Positions 10,813 to 19,999 are shown, counted from the stretch's first letter. The stretch is 58,025 nucleotides of DNA from Gammaproteobacteria bacterium RIFCSPLOWO2_02_FULL_61_13 (GCA_001801865.1 MGYT01000122.1:2050-60074), one strand, 5' to 3'. Translations and numbers: made by a program. The notes: generated by a model not told the origin, from the letters alone.

Positions 10813-11637
10813 ATGAACCTCAGAGACAACATCGAGATAGTCAATCAGTCCGATGTCGGCCGCCGCCGTCCCCATAACGAGGACAGCACGCTAAGCGACC
10901 CTGCCAGCGGGCTGGTGATACTGGCCGACGGCATGGGGGGCTACAAGGCGGGGGAAGTCGCCAGCGCCATCGCCGCTACCACTGTCCATCAGGAAATCCT
11001 TTCCGGTCTGAAGCGCGTCCGGCCCGGTCAAATAAACAAATCCGACGGGCTCCACGCCGAGTCCGCCGTGGTCAGGGATGCCATCGTTAGCGCCAATAGC
11101 CGCATCTATTCCACTGCCCAAAAGGAGCCCGACTGCCAGGGCATGGGCACCACCATTGTCGTCTGCCTGTTCCACAACGACTGCGTGACCATCGCCCATG
11201 TAGGAGATTCCCGCATCTATCGAGTACGGGCTGGGCAGTTTACCCAAGTGACCAGAGATCATTCGTTAATTCAAGAGCTTATCGACCGGGGTCTTTATAG
11301 CCCGGAGGACGCTGCCAAGAATGCCCCCAAGAATCTGGTGACACGGGCATTGGGAATTGACGCGGAAGTGCGGGTCGATGTGGCCGAGGAAAAGGTCGAG
11401 GCGGGGGACCTTTACTTACTGTGTTCTGATGGGTTAAATGATATGGTAGATGATGAGGAAATTCACTTAACCCTAAGTAAATATGGTGGTAATCTTGTCC
11501 GGGCGGCGGAGGAACTGATTCGCAAAGCGAATGCAAATGGTGGTAGAGACAACACCTCGATAATCCTGGCCCGGGTCAAGGAAAGCTATGCCGCTCCGGA
11601 AAAACCGCTGGCACGAATAATTAAAAAACTCTTTTAA
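10813..11637 (+). CDS. PP2C-family (PPM, Stp1/PrpC-like) Ser/Thr protein phosphatase
   Basis: 274 aa. RPHNEDS, ILADGMGG, GMGTT, HVGDSR, LLCSDGL and GGRDNTS blocks in the canonical order. Confidence 0.9.
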   Translation: MNLRDNIEIVNQSDVGRRRPHNEDSTLSDPASGLVILADGMGGYKAGEVASAIAATTVHQEILSGLKRVRPGQINKSDGLHAESAVVRDAIVSANSRIYSTAQKEPDCQGMGTTIVVCLFHNDCVTIAHVGDSRIYRVRAGQFTQVTRDHSLIQELIDRGLYSPEDAAKNAPKNLVTRALGIDAEVRVDVAEEKVEAGDLYLLCSDGLNDMVDDEEIHLTLSKYGGNLVRAAEELIRKANANGGRDNTSIILARVKESYAAPEKPLARIIKKLF

Positions 11638-11660
11638 TGTCATGGGAATAGGACTGAACG

Positions 11661-12413
11661 ATGGCTAAGCTGGTTCTCAACATGAACGGAGTGGTGCAAG
11701 GCGAGTATGAGCTGAACAAGGAGCGGCTCACTGTCGGGCGCAAACCCGATAATGACATCCAGATCGACAATCTGGCGGTCAGCGGCAAGCATGCCATGAT
11801 TATTACCATTCTCGACGATTCCTTCCTCGAAGACCTCGGCAGTACCAACGGTACCTATGTCAACGGCAAGCTGATCAAGAAGCATGCCCTCAAGGATGGC
11901 GATGTCATCGCCATCGGCAAGCACGAACTCAAGTATGTAAACGAACACGCCACCGCGGATGATGATGAATTCGAAAAAACCATGATCATCAAACCGGGGT
12001 CGGCCAGCGCGGCGGTTGCGGCCGCGAAAGCCGCCGAGATGGCGGTCGCTGCTGCAGCCTCGGCCGCCGCTCCACCCGCGGTCGGCGCAAAACCCGGCGC
12101 ACCGGCTGCTGCGCCGGCCGCAGGCGGCGGCATGCCTTTGGGTCGCCTCACGGTATTGAACGGACCCATTGCCGGGAAGGAACTGGAACTTACCAAGGCG
12201 CTCATCACACTGGGCAAACCGGGCACGCAGGTGGCGGTCATTTCGCGCCGTCCGCAAGGCTATTTCCTGACCCATATCGAGAGTGACGGCGACGGCAAAC
12301 GCTATCCCCTGGTCAATGGGGAACCCATTGGCGGGAAGGCCTACCAGTTGAAGGACAGCGACATGATCGAACTGGCAGGAATCAAGATGGAGTTTTCGCT
12401 GGCCTCACATTAG
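11661..12413 (+). CDS. Protein with two FHA domains separated by an Ala/Pro-rich linker
   Basis: 250 aa. N-terminal canonical FHA (LTVGRKPDNDIQIDNLAVSGKHAMI...GSTNGTYVNG). Linker about 12003-12141. C-terminal divergent FHA-like fold (ITLGKPGTQVAV...NGEPIGGKAYQLKDSDMIELAG). Starts 23 nt after the PP2C gene. Confidence 0.8.
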   Translation: MAKLVLNMNGVVQGEYELNKERLTVGRKPDNDIQIDNLAVSGKHAMIITILDDSFLEDLGSTNGTYVNGKLIKKHALKDGDVIAIGKHELKYVNEHATADDDEFEKTMIIKPGSASAAVAAAKAAEMAVAAAASAAAPPAVGAKPGAPAAAPAAGGGMPLGRLTVLNGPIAGKELELTKALITLGKPGTQVAVISRRPQGYFLTHIESDGDGKRYPLVNGEPIGGKAYQLKDSDMIELAGIKMEFSLASH

Positions 12414-12485
12414 TACCCAACGCCGGCTCCGGCTCGCCAAGCTTGCGGGTCACAAGTGCGGGCCGGCATTCCAGCCGACGTTGAT

Positions 12486-12818
12486 TCAACCATCCGCACT
12501 CATCCGTTCCTCAACGGAAGCGTGTATCGGAAACACCTTGTCCAGGCGCGCCAGTTGCAACACGCCCATGGCCGCACTGCTCACTCCCACGAGCCCGAAC
12601 CGCAGGTTCTTTTTCTTCGCTGTCTGGTAGCCTTCGACCAGGCTCGCAACCCCGGAACTGTCAATGTACGACACCGCTGAGAGATCGATCAGAAGGTGCC
12701 GGCCTGCCTCAAGGCATTGAAGTATCTGTTTGCGGGCATCGGGCGAGCATGACAGGTCGACATCCCCCTTCAGGTCGAGGACTGCGTAAGTTCCTGCATT
12801 ACGAGAGTTGTATTGCAT
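12486..12818 (-). CDS. STAS-domain anti-sigma-factor antagonist (SpoIIAA/RsbV-like)
   Basis: 110 aa. LIDLSAVSYIDSSGVASLV with the conserved phosphorylatable Ser in DSSG. Confidence 0.85.
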   Translation of the reverse strand: MQYNSRNAGTYAVLDLKGDVDLSCSPDARKQILQCLEAGRHLLIDLSAVSYIDSSGVASLVEGYQTAKKKNLRFGLVGVSSAAMGVLQLARLDKVFPIHASVEERMSADG

Positions 12819-12880
12819 AAGTGGTATTCATCCTGGTGATGATGCTGCTGAGGACCCGGTGACGTGCGGCGGCAGGAAAA

Positions 12881-14605
12881 TCAATCAATGGCCTTGCGCA
12901 TTTCGAGGTAATTACCCCGTCTCTTTTCGAGATGTCCCATCTCGCAATGGTCCATGATCTCCCTGATGAAGTGGACTCCCAGCCCGCCGGGGCGCAGTTC
13001 ATCCAGATCGCGGGGCTGCACGCATTTCAGGTCGATTGGGTCGGCCTGATCCTCGAGCCGGAAGATCACCTGCGTCCCGTTGGTGCGAACCTCCAGTGAC
13101 ACCTCGCCGGAACCGTCTCCATGATAAGCATGCTGAATCACGTTCATACACGCTTCATTCACTGCAATTACGAGCTTGTCAGCAAGGGTCTCATTGCAGC
13201 CGAAACTCTGGGCAGCACGCTTGACCAATGCGCGCACGGGGCCCAGCCGTTCCGGCTCGGCACGGAAATGCAATGCGAATATTTGTTGAGTTTTCATTGC
13301 ATCCGGCCTTCGATCACCATCAGTTTCGATCACCATTAATGTTATGTCATCCCGCTGCGAAACCGCAGGCTTGCGCAACTCCGCAACTATACCTTGCAGC
13401 CGGCGGGCAGCGGGACCATATTCGGCCGCGCGCACCAGTTCGATGAATCCATCGACAGCCAGCGGACGGTTGTTCTCATCCAGGCTTTCCGTCACCCCAT
13501 CGGTAAAAAGATACAGGCTGGAATCATTCAGCTTCAGGGTCGTGACCGGAAACTGGCAGCCAGCCAGGACACCCAGCGGCGGCGCCGTCGCAACTATCTC
13601 CTCAAAACTGCCATCGCCGTGGTGCAGGAGAGGCGGTTGGTGGCCGGCATTTGCAAGATCAATCCTTCCGCTCGCCGGGTCGAGAAAACCGGCAACGATG
13701 GTGACAAACATGCCATGGGAAATACTTTCGCACAATTCGACGTTCACGCGCGTCAGCAATTCTCCGGGATCGCTAATCTCCCTGGCCAGGTGATGGAGCA
13801 GGCTGCTGACCTTGGCCATCAGCAGCGCCGCATTCATCCCCTTGCCGGAGACATCGGCCAGGCTGAAGTAGATGAGTCCATCGTCACGCCGCAGAAAATC
13901 ATAGAAATCCCCGGAGACCTCGCGTGCCGGCACATTCATCCCCACGACCGGGAACCCGTCCCTCCCCGGGGCAGGCAGCAGGTCCATCTGGATCTCCCGG
14001 GCCAGCTCCAGTTCCTTCCGCATGCGCTCCTGTTCCACCAGCCGATCCGCCATCCGCGCGTTGTGGATCGCCAGCGCCGCCGATGATGCCAGTGCACCGA
14101 GCAGGTGCCGATCCTGATCATCAAACAGACCGTCCCCACCGCGTTTGTTGATCAACTCAAGCGCGCCGATGCATTTCTGTCGCACGATAAGCGGCGTGCA
14201 AAGTATGGAACGTGTCACAAATCCCGTGTCGGCATCCACCTGCTTGGCAAAATCCGGATCCTTGCTGACATCGCGGACAATCTGGCAACAGCGCGACGTG
14301 ATTGTCTTGCCGATGATGCCCGTATCTCCCGGCAGGCGCAGGCCGCTGATATCCACCGGCCCGGCGCAGGCGCGGCAGACTAAATCGGGATTGTCGGCGA
14401 CGGTGTCGGTATCGAGCAGGAAAATTGATGCAGCCTCTGCATCCAGGTACTGCATGAATTTCTCGATGGCATTGCGCAGCGTGGCTTCAATTTCCAGGGA
14501 TTCCGCGAAAGACTGGGTGACATCCGCGAGCAGTTCGAGCTGATCTTCCAGGGAATACGCTTCGCCCTTGGCGAGTAACGCGTAGACGTTGGCGGTCGAA
14601 CTCAT
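12881..14605 (-). CDS. GAF sensor fused to a SpoIIE/PP2C phosphatase and an RsbW-like (GHKL) serine kinase
   Basis: 574 aa. GAF about 14036-14533. SpoIIE core about 13316-13963 (EIQMDLLP, VSGDFYDF, ADVSGKGMNAALLMA, NAGHQPP, LFTDGVTE, DDITLMVIE). C-terminal HATPase about 12884-13286 (NEACMNVIQHAY, PGGLGVHFIREIMD). Confidence 0.85.
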   Translation of the reverse strand: MSSTANVYALLAKGEAYSLEDQLELLADVTQSFAESLEIEATLRNAIEKFMQYLDAEAASIFLLDTDTVADNPDLVCRACAGPVDISGLRLPGDTGIIGKTITSRCCQIVRDVSKDPDFAKQVDADTGFVTRSILCTPLIVRQKCIGALELINKRGGDGLFDDQDRHLLGALASSAALAIHNARMADRLVEQERMRKELELAREIQMDLLPAPGRDGFPVVGMNVPAREVSGDFYDFLRRDDGLIYFSLADVSGKGMNAALLMAKVSSLLHHLAREISDPGELLTRVNVELCESISHGMFVTIVAGFLDPASGRIDLANAGHQPPLLHHGDGSFEEIVATAPPLGVLAGCQFPVTTLKLNDSSLYLFTDGVTESLDENNRPLAVDGFIELVRAAEYGPAARRLQGIVAELRKPAVSQRDDITLMVIETDGDRRPDAMKTQQIFALHFRAEPERLGPVRALVKRAAQSFGCNETLADKLVIAVNEACMNVIQHAYHGDGSGEVSLEVRTNGTQVIFRLEDQADPIDLKCVQPRDLDELRPGGLGVHFIREIMDHCEMGHLEKRRGNYLEMRKAID

Positions 14606-14641
14606 GCATGTATCCCGTGTTGCAGCATTGTGCCGGTTATC

Positions 14642-15286
14642 CTATCCGACCGGCCGCTGATACTTCTCTTGCCATTCGCATTGCCTGTGTATTTGGCACG
14701 CCGCGCAACGCGGACGGCGCGCGGTGCAGACATAGCGCCCATGCAGGATAAGCCAGTGGTGCGCATGGCGCCGGAATTCTTCCGGCACGATGCGCACAAG
14801 CTCATCCTCGACTTCGCGCACGGTGCGGCCCGGTGCCAGGCCGGTTCGATTGGCCACGCGAAAGATGTGCGTATCCACGGCTATGGTTGGCTCACCGAAG
14901 GCCACGTTCAGCACCACATTGGCAGTCTTCCTGCCGACGCCGGGCAGGCGTTCCAAGGCATCCCGGTCCGCCGGCACCTGCCCATTATGCTCGCGCAACA
15001 AGATGCGGCACATTTTCAGAATATTGCCCGCCTTGGTATTGAACAGTCCGATGTGGCGGATATGGCGCTTCAGGCCGGAGGAACCAAGTTTAATCATGGC
15101 GGCCGGCGTGTTGGCCTTGGGAAACAGCGTGGCCGTGGCCTTGTTCACACTGATGTCGGTGGCCTGTGCCGACAGCATGACCGCCACCAGCAACTCAAAT
15201 GAACTGGCATGCTGCAATTCGGTGGCGGGAGCGGGATTTCCGCTGCGGAGAATCTCAAACAGCCGCCTTACATTTGCTGGCCGCAC
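14642..15286 (-). CDS. nth: Endonuclease III
   Basis: HhH-GPD blocks (LLVAVMLSAQATD, LPGVGRKTANVVL) and 4Fe-4S CTARRPRCAACQIHRQC. Start re-set to GTG at 15286, giving the same N-terminal spacing as E. coli Nth. The track ORF (to 15505) would overlap the upstream gene. Confidence 0.88.
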   Translation of the reverse strand: MRPANVRRLFEILRSGNPAPATELQHASSFELLVAVMLSAQATDISVNKATATLFPKANTPAAMIKLGSSGLKRHIRHIGLFNTKAGNILKMCRILLREHNGQVPADRDALERLPGVGRKTANVVLNVAFGEPTIAVDTHIFRVANRTGLAPGRTVREVEDELVRIVPEEFRRHAHHWLILHGRYVCTARRPRCAACQIHRQCEWQEKYQRPVG

Positions 15287-15300
15287 GCGGAGACGGGCGG

Positions 15301-15906
15301 TCAGTGGTGAGACGGAGCACGGCCGGCGGCCACCCAGGCCCCCGCCAGTGCCAGCACCAGAAAGGCGCCGGGTGCAGACTGCAATACCGGAACCGGGAAT
15401 GTCATGATGACCAATGGGTCGGGCAATCCCGGCAACAACTGCGTATCGGAAAATAGCATGCCTGTGCCCAGGACCTCCCGGACCAGCCCCAGCGGTATGA
15501 TCCACAATGCGGCATATACGCCGGGCATAATCCCTGCGCGTGCAGCGAATTTCGGGTCTCCGCAGCGAAGCGATCGCTCACCCACAATCAGCAAAAGGGA
15601 ATTCGCCGCGAACAAAGGCACATAAATACCGAGGGAAACTGAAAGCGGGTACGCGAACGCCTGCAGCATCAGGTCCAGAATCGTCACCCAGATGCCGGAT
15701 ACCAACAGTAACGTCAAAATACGCCATTCCGGCGCCACGCTGCGCCCCAGCACTGCCATGGAGGTCGCTACCAATATCAGTGACGCCAGAAACAGTAACG
15801 CCACGCAGGTCGCCGACAGCAGGGTGCCACCAACTGCGAGCAACGGACACAATGCCAGCAACCCTGCCGGTTGCAGCGACCAACCTTGAGTGCCGGGTTG
15901 AGTCAT
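15301..15906 (-). CDS. Rnf/Nqr-family polytopic membrane protein (RnfE/RsxE-like), no other rnf genes in window
   Basis: 201 aa, about 6 TM segments. LALCPLLAV...GIYVPLFAANSLLL...LVREVLGTG resemble RnfE/RnfA. Position directly upstream of nth mirrors E. coli rsxE-nth. Confidence 0.65.
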   Translation of the reverse strand: MTQPGTQGWSLQPAGLLALCPLLAVGGTLLSATCVALLFLASLILVATSMAVLGRSVAPEWRILTLLLVSGIWVTILDLMLQAFAYPLSVSLGIYVPLFAANSLLLIVGERSLRCGDPKFAARAGIMPGVYAALWIIPLGLVREVLGTGMLFSDTQLLPGLPDPLVIMTFPVPVLQSAPGAFLVLALAGAWVAAGRAPSHH

Positions 15907-16493
15907 GCGGCGGTCCTGGTGGCAACCAGCAGCGTACGCAGCTGCGCCAGCCGCTCCTGCCCCGAATCCATCTGCAGCAGGGCCTGCCTGAGGCCCAGAT
16001 CCGGCAGCAGTTCAGCGAGCCGAAAGCTGAGCCAGTTGGGGTCCCGGAGTTCTGACTCCCGGGTCTCGTAAGGCAGTTCCAAAGTCCCGGACGCCCTCTC
16101 CAAAAATTCCCGCAGCGGCGCCAGCTCCTGATCCGCCAGAGACGTTGCGTTGGGCGGCTCTTCACACCATTCCACCTCGCCCCAGATCTGCCGGTTCGAA
16201 TCAGCGCTGCCCGCCAGCACACGGAAACGCCGTTCACCCTGGACGGTTATGCCGAGCAGGCCATCCGCGCGTTGGTCCCAATCCACGATTCGGGCGCTGG
16301 TGCCCATGGGGAAAAACTCCGCCGTCATGCCGGCCTCGGTGCCGCGCCGGATCAGGCAGACCCCGAAGGGTGCCGTTTCGCGCAGGCAACGGCTGACCAA
16401 ATCGATATAACGCGTTTCAAATATCTTCAGCGGCAACCGGCCGCCGGGAAACAATACCGTCTGCAACGGAAACAAAGGTAATTGCTCTGTCAT
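15903..16493 (-). CDS. LON substrate-binding (N-terminal) domain protein
   Basis: 196 aa. LPLFPLQTVLFPGGRLPLKIFETRYIDLV is the Lon N-domain signature. No AAA+ or protease domain. Confidence 0.8.
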   Translation of the reverse strand: MTEQLPLFPLQTVLFPGGRLPLKIFETRYIDLVSRCLRETAPFGVCLIRRGTEAGMTAEFFPMGTSARIVDWDQRADGLLGITVQGERRFRVLAGSADSNRQIWGEVEWCEEPPNATSLADQELAPLREFLERASGTLELPYETRESELRDPNWLSFRLAELLPDLGLRQALLQMDSGQERLAQLRTLLVATRTAA

Positions 16494-17842
16494 TGCAACG
16501 CATCCAGCAGCCGCTGGTGGATGCCGCCAAACCCACCGTTGCTCATGATGATCACGTGATCCCCCGAGCGGGCGAAACCCGCGACGCGGGTGATGATGTC
16601 GTCGACGCGGTCCAGAACCTCACAGCGCGTGTCGGCACCTGCCAGCGCCTGCTCGAGATCCCAGGCCAGATTCGGTGGGCGCAGGATTATTGCCAGGTCC
16701 GCGGACCTCAGTGACGGGGCGAGTTCCGATGCATGGACGCCCAGTTTCATCGTATTTGAACGCGGTTCCATGATGGCGACGATTCTCGCGCTGCCCACAT
16801 GACGCCGCAATGCTTCAAGGGTGACTTGGATAGCCGTGGGATGGTGGGCAAAATCGTCATACACGGTGATTCCCTGACGGCTCCCAATCCGCTGCATGCG
16901 CCGTTGAACGCCATGAAATTGCGACAGGGCCGCGCCGGCGACTTCGGGCTCCACTCCCAGGGCATGGGCGCCGGCCACCGCTGCGGCGGCATTCAGTGCA
17001 TTGTGATGGCCCAACAGATCCCACGTGACCCCAATCTTTCCGCCGCCCGCTGGTTGCAGGGTGAATCCCGAATAATCCAGGCTGGACGGCGCTATTTGCC
17101 ATTGCGCGTCATCGGTACCGAATCGCTCCACCGGCGTCCAACATCCCATGGCGAGCACTTTGAAGATCTCCGGATCTGCACCGTTGCAAATTATCCTTCC
17201 AGACCCGGGGACGGTCCGTATTAAAAAGTGGAATTCACGTCTTATCGCAGCCAGATCGGCGAAGATGTCCGCATGATCGAACTCAATATTGTTAATAATC
17301 AGCGTGTTGGGACGGTAGTGAAGAAACTTGGCCCGCTTATCAAAAAAGGCGCAATCGTATTCATCCGCCTCAATCACGAAACACTCCCCTGTTCCCAGGC
17401 GGGCGGAAACCCCGAAGTTACGGGGCACGGCCCCGATGAGAAAGCCCGGATGGTGCCCGGCGAACTCGAGGATCCAGGCCAGCATGGAGGACGTTGTGGA
17501 CTTGCCGTGGGTCCCGGCCACAGCCAGCACGTGGCGATGCCCCAATACCTCCTCCCGCAGCCACTGAGGCCCGGAAACATAGGGCAACCGGGTGTTCAGC
17601 GCATACTCAGCGGCCGCATTACCCCTCGACAAGGCGTTGCCAATAACGACCAGATCCGGACGGTCATCCAGGTTTGACTCTGCGTACCCTTCAAGCACCC
17701 GGATCCCGGCCTGTTGCAGCAACAGGCTCATGGGCGGGTAGGTGTTGGCATCCGTACCGGAGACCGTGTGCCCCAGTTCCCGTGCCAACAGGGCCAGCCC
17801 ACCCATGAACGTACCGCATATGCCAAGCACGTGAATTTTCAC
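16490..17842 (-). CDS. mpl: UDP-N-acetylmuramate:L-alanyl-gamma-D-glutamyl-meso-DAP ligase (murein peptide ligase)
   Basis: 450 aa, GTG start. GICGTFMGGLA and GTHGKSTT Mur-ligase motifs. Length and architecture fit Mpl. Confidence 0.9.
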   Translation of the reverse strand: MKIHVLGICGTFMGGLALLARELGHTVSGTDANTYPPMSLLLQQAGIRVLEGYAESNLDDRPDLVVIGNALSRGNAAAEYALNTRLPYVSGPQWLREEVLGHRHVLAVAGTHGKSTTSSMLAWILEFAGHHPGFLIGAVPRNFGVSARLGTGECFVIEADEYDCAFFDKRAKFLHYRPNTLIINNIEFDHADIFADLAAIRREFHFLIRTVPGSGRIICNGADPEIFKVLAMGCWTPVERFGTDDAQWQIAPSSLDYSGFTLQPAGGGKIGVTWDLLGHHNALNAAAAVAGAHALGVEPEVAGAALSQFHGVQRRMQRIGSRQGITVYDDFAHHPTAIQVTLEALRRHVGSARIVAIMEPRSNTMKLGVHASELAPSLRSADLAIILRPPNLAWDLEQALAGADTRCEVLDRVDDIITRVAGFARSGDHVIIMSNGGFGGIHQRLLDALQ

Positions 17843-18426
17843 GCCAGAACCTCCGGGACCAGGAATTCAGTGGCGACCATGCTGAGTGCCACATAGGTCA
17901 TGGCCACGAGTACTCCTGCTGGAAAGGCGATGGTCAGCGCATGTCGCAGGATATGCCCCAGCACCAGCACGTTCCAAATGAACATAACCAGCACCAGCAC
18001 TGATGCCAGTGCTGCCAGGGGCGACTCCGGCATAAGGACTGTAACCATGAACGGCGGGATCGCGGCGAGAGCGAACAACGCACCAACACCTGCCATCGCA
18101 GTCAACGCCTGCAAAAAGCGTGCAGTGAAATTACGCAGCCATAATACGGTGAGGACAAATGCGGGCAAAACGACGGCGTCCGCCAGTGCTGCCTTGACGG
18201 CCGTGGGCCAGTCCACCGCCACCGCAGTCAAACCTGCCGATGCGGCCAGGTAAAAGACAAATGTCAGCGCAAACAACGGCTGGGAGGCGGGGATGTCCTG
18301 GGGCCGGCGTTTGCCAGAGAGCAATTCCAGAAACACCCGCAACACAATCCAGGCGGCGGAGCCCATCAGGTTCTGGTGCAATCCGGAGACGCGGCCGATG
18401 ACAACCACGGACGGCCGCTGTGGCAA
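17839..18426 (-). CDS. Hypothetical polytopic inner-membrane protein
   Basis: 195-aa ORF with about 5 hydrophobic helices and no recognisable motif. Start uncertain (TTG at 18426 or ATG at 18366). Wedged between rppH and mpl with zero or overlapping junctions. Confidence 0.5.
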   Translation of the reverse strand: MPQRPSVVVIGRVSGLHQNLMGSAAWIVLRVFLELLSGKRRPQDIPASQPLFALTFVFYLAASAGLTAVAVDWPTAVKAALADAVVLPAFVLTVLWLRNFTARFLQALTAMAGVGALFALAAIPPFMVTVLMPESPLAALASVLVLVMFIWNVLVLGHILRHALTIAFPAGVLVAMTYVALSMVATEFLVPEVLA

Positions 18427-18996
18427 TCAGCCGGGCTGCGGAGATCCGGCAATGACAGGTCCGGTCTGGGGCGAAAGAAATGGCTCCAATTCACCCAATG
18501 CGCGCCGGTACACATCGCGCTTGAAGTCGACAACATTGGATGCCGGACTCCAAAAATCGATCCAGCACCAGTGGTCGAATTCCGGCCTGCGGCTGGCATC
18601 CAGCCGCACAAATCGTTCATCGGCGATCAGGCGCAACAAGTACCACATCTGCTTCTGGCCGATGCAAAGCGGTCGCATCCCGGTGCGCACAAATCTTGCC
18701 GGCAGATCGTAACGGAGCCAGCCCTGCGTCACGCCAAGGATTTCGACGTGCTCGGGTAATAGCCCGACTTCCTCGCGCAACTCGCGGTACATCGCGGACT
18801 GCACTTCTTCATTCGGGCGAATTCCGCCCTGGGGAAACTGCCAGGCATCCATGCGGGAGCGTTTGCCCCAGAACAACTGTCCGGCGGCATTGCTGAGCAC
18901 GATGCCCACATTGGCGCGGTAACCGTCACCGTCGATGATCGAGCCGCGCTGCAGGAACCGATCGCGTCGCCCGTTTTTACGCCGCAATAATGCCAT
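18427..18996 (-). CDS. rppH: RNA pyrophosphohydrolase (NUDIX)
   Basis: [16 protein letters not shown]-terminus and Nudix box [23 protein letters not shown]. Start re-set to ATG at 18996. The 357-aa track ORF extends into mdh. Confidence 0.88.
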   Translation of the reverse strand: MALLRRKNGRRDRFLQRGSIIDGDGYRANVGIVLSNAAGQLFWGKRSRMDAWQFPQGGIRPNEEVQSAMYRELREEVGLLPEHVEILGVTQGWLRYDLPARFVRTGMRPLCIGQKQMWYLLRLIADERFVRLDASRRPEFDHWCWIDFWSPASNVVDFKRDVYRRALGELEPFLSPQTGPVIAGSPQPG

Positions 18997-19015
18997 GGTG
19001 TCGTCCGTTAACAGC

Positions 19016-19999
19016 CTAACCGCCAAACAGATGCTGGATGGCGTCTCGCTCCTCTTCAAGTTCGCGCCGCGTTGCGTCCATTCGCTCCCGGCTGAATGAA
19101 TTGACCTCGAGGCCGGAGACAATTTCGTACTTGCCGCCATTGCAGGTAACCGGGAATGAGTACACCAGGCCCTTGGGAATGCCGTAGGATCCATCCGACG
19201 GGATTGCCATACTGGTCCAGTCCCCGGCCCGCGTGCCCAACACCCAGTCACGCATATGTTCAAGGGCGGCATTGGCAGCGGACGCGGCGCTGGACGCGCC
19301 GCGGGCGGCAATGACCTCGGCCCCGCGCTTGGCCACCCGCGGAATATATTCCTGCTGGTACCACGCCACATCCACCTGTTGCAGCGCCGGCTTGCCGGAG
19401 ACACTGGCATGATGAAGATCCGGAAACTGTGTCGTGGAATGGTTGCCCCAGATGCAGACCCGGTGCACATCGGCCACCGGCACATTTGTTTTGGCAGCAA
19501 GCAAAGCCACCGCTCGATTGTGGTCCAGACGCGTCATCGCGGTGATTTGCCGCGCATCCAGGTCCGGAGCATTGCGGCTGGTAATCAGCGCATTGGTATT
19601 GGCTGGATTGCCGACCACGATTACCCGCACGCCACGCGCAGCATGGTCATTCAGCGCCCGCCCCTGCACGCGAAATATTTCCGCATTTCCAAGCAGCAGA
19701 TCGCTGCGTTCCATGCCCGGACCCCGGGGCTTGGCCCCCACCAGGAAGGCAAAATCGGCATCCTTGAACGCCACGTCCGCCTGATCGCTGGTTGATACAT
19801 CCACCAGGGTGTGGAACGCACAATCGCCCAGTTCCATGACCACGCCCTGTAACGCCTTTAACGCCGGCGTCACCTCCAGCAGTTGCAACCGCACCGGCTG
19901 ATCGGGCCCGAGAAAATCTCCGGCGGCAATGCGAAACAAAAGGGCGTAACCGATTTGGCCCCCGGCGCCGGTAACGGCAATGCGAACTGGCTTTTTCAT
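19016..19999 (-). CDS. mdh: Malate dehydrogenase
   Basis: [28 protein letters not shown] Rossmann N-terminus and [12 protein letters not shown]. Start re-set to ATG at 19999 (327 aa). Confidence 0.92.
   Translation of the reverse strand: MKKPVRIAVTGAGGQIGYALLFRIAAGDFLGPDQPVRLQLLEVTPALKALQGVVMELGDCAFHTLVDVSTSDQADVAFKDADFAFLVGAKPRGPGMERSDLLLGNAEIFRVQGRALNDHAARGVRVIVVGNPANTNALITSRNAPDLDARQITAMTRLDHNRAVALLAAKTNVPVADVHRVCIWGNHSTTQFPDLHHASVSGKPALQQVDVAWYQQEYIPRVAKRGAEVIAARGASSAASAANAALEHMRDWVLGTRAGDWTSMAIPSDGSYGIPKGLVYSFPVTCNGGKYEIVSGLEVNSFSRERMDATRRELEEERDAIQHLFGG

Noticed and set aside
15287-15505. N-terminal extension of the nth ORF
   Set aside because: It overlaps the RnfE-like gene. A GTG start at 15286 reproduces the E. 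coli Nth N-terminal spacing exactly.
18997-19500. N-terminal 167 codons of the 357-codon track ORF containing rppH
   Set aside because: The extension overlaps the 3' end of mdh out of frame and has no similarity to anything. The RppH homology begins at IIDGDGY, a few codons after the ATG at 18996.
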